A stretch of 63,536 bases of DNA, counting the filler, from Reclinomonas americana ATCC 50394 (Eukaryota): assembly GCA_048213135.1 (NCBI GenBank). It is 8 parts of 5 records of this genome, joined end to end, with 100 filler letters (N's around TTAATTAATTAA, not from the genome) between each part and the next. Parts side by side here need not be neighbours in the genome. Positions count along the whole stretch, not along the records: positions 62,254 to 63,536 come from PS015680.1; 7 more parts are not named here. One strand, 5' to 3'. A program made the translations under genes and the position numbers. The notes beneath the pieces are model-generated. The model saw only the letters and a program-made list of their open reading frames with translations, was not told the origin of the DNA and made no database searches. Numbering within the stretch: the stretch's first letter is position 1; the number at the start of each line of letters is the position of its first letter. This document shows, piece after piece, positions 62,254 to 63,536 of the stretch.

Positions 62254-63536
62254 GGTGTGACGTGGACCGCTCGTGATGCGAGTCGAGCGTGGATCTCGGT
62301 GGCCTCCAGCAGTGACGGCGTCAACCTGGTGGCGGTGGCGAACGGAGATCAGATATACACCTCCACTGACTCGGGCGAGAACTGGACTCCTCGTGAATCC
62401 ATTCGCAGTTGGACGTCTGTGGCCTCTAGCAGTGACGGCAGCAAGCTGGTGGCTGTGGTGAACAATGGACGGATCTACACCTCCACTGACTCGGGTGAGA
62501 CGTGGACGGCTCGCGATTCCAGTCGCAAGTGGCAAGCTGTGGCCTCGAGCAGTGACGGCACCAAGCTGGTGGCTGGTGTGAAAAACGGCCAGATCTACAC
62601 CTCCACTGACTCTGGCGAGACGTGGACAGCTCGTGAATCCAGTCGGCTGTGGGCGTCGGTGGCCTCCAACAGTGACGGCACCAAGCTGGTGGCTGGTGTG
62701 GGTTTTGGTGGTCAGATCTACACCTCCAGTGACTCTGGTGTGACGTGGACTGGAGTGACGTCCCCGGATCTGGATGCGGTCACCTCGTGGAATGCAGTCT
62801 CCTTTAGCGGTGACGGCAGCAAGATGGCGGCGGTGGGGTCGAATACTTTGATCTACACCTCGGCTGACTCCGGCGCGACGTGGTCGGGTCATGAATCCGG
62901 TCGCCAGTGGAGGCAAGTAGCCTTCAACAATGACGGCACCAAGCTGGTGGCTGTTGCGAGTAACGGTGATCGAATTTACACCTCCACTGATTCTGGCGTG
63001 ACGTGGACTGCTCGCGATTCCGCTCGCAACTGGTTCTCGGTGGCCTCCAGCAGCGACGGCACCAAGCTTGTGGCCGTGGTGAACAATGGTCAGATCTACA
63101 CCTCGACTGATTCTGGTGTCAACTGGACGGCCCGGGATTCCGATCGCGGCTGGTTCTCGGTGGCTTCCAGTAGTGACGGTACCAAGCTGGTGGCTGTGGA
63201 GATCGGTGGTCAGATCTACACCTCCACGGACTCCGGCGTGAACTGGACGGCTCGCGATTCCGTTCGCGACTGGGTTGGAGTAGCGTCGAGCAGTGACGGC
63301 ACCAAGCTGGTGGCTGTTGGGACCTACAGCATGATCTACACTTCGACTGACTCTGGTGTGACGTGGACGGCTCGTGATTCCGTGCGCGAGTGGACGTCGG
63401 TGGCCTCCAGCAGTGACGGTAGCAGGCTGGCGGCTGCGGAGAATGCGGGCCCGATCTACACGTCGAATGACTCTGGGGTGACGTGGACGACCCGTGATTC
63501 CGCGCGCGGCTGGACGTCGGTGGCTCTGAGCAGTGA
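62254..63536 (+). CDS. Open frame of ~11 more 40-aa Asp-box-like repeats (continuation or paralogue of 60342-62153), open at both ends
   Basis: Frame GGT GTG ACG TGG.. reads GVTWTARDASRAWISVASSSDGVNLVAVANGDQIYTSTDS with a 120-bp period. Missing from the ORF track because it has no stop. Confidence 0.88.

Overview
Intron-rich eukaryotic (protist-like) genomic DNA from a gappy draft assembly. Eight scaffold pieces are joined by artificial N-TTAATTAATTAA-N linkers, so adjacency across a linker is unproven. I cannot identify the organism. Recognisable spliced genes are ArfGAP, NOP56, Rpn12/PSMD8, a multi-BRCT (TOPBP1/PAXIP1-like) protein, IMP4, a class I-type PI3K whose kinase domain is not visible, an RRM+R3H protein and eIF5, plus two hypothetical genes. 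The accessory part holds a tandem family of giant secreted proteins (FN3-like domains with inserted NHL propellers, cadherin-like, IPT-like and PAN/apple domains): three copies and one decayed relic. It also holds a 40-aa-repeat propeller/EGF protein whose variation is confined to a few repeat positions. The most unusual signals concern splicing: a recurrent GTTGCGT 5' splice-site class confirmed by reading frame, complementary purine-rich and pyrimidine-rich intron ends, a conserved GC-AG intron, and a minisatellite shared between introns of unrelated genes. All protein calls come from recognising motifs by eye; no database search was run.
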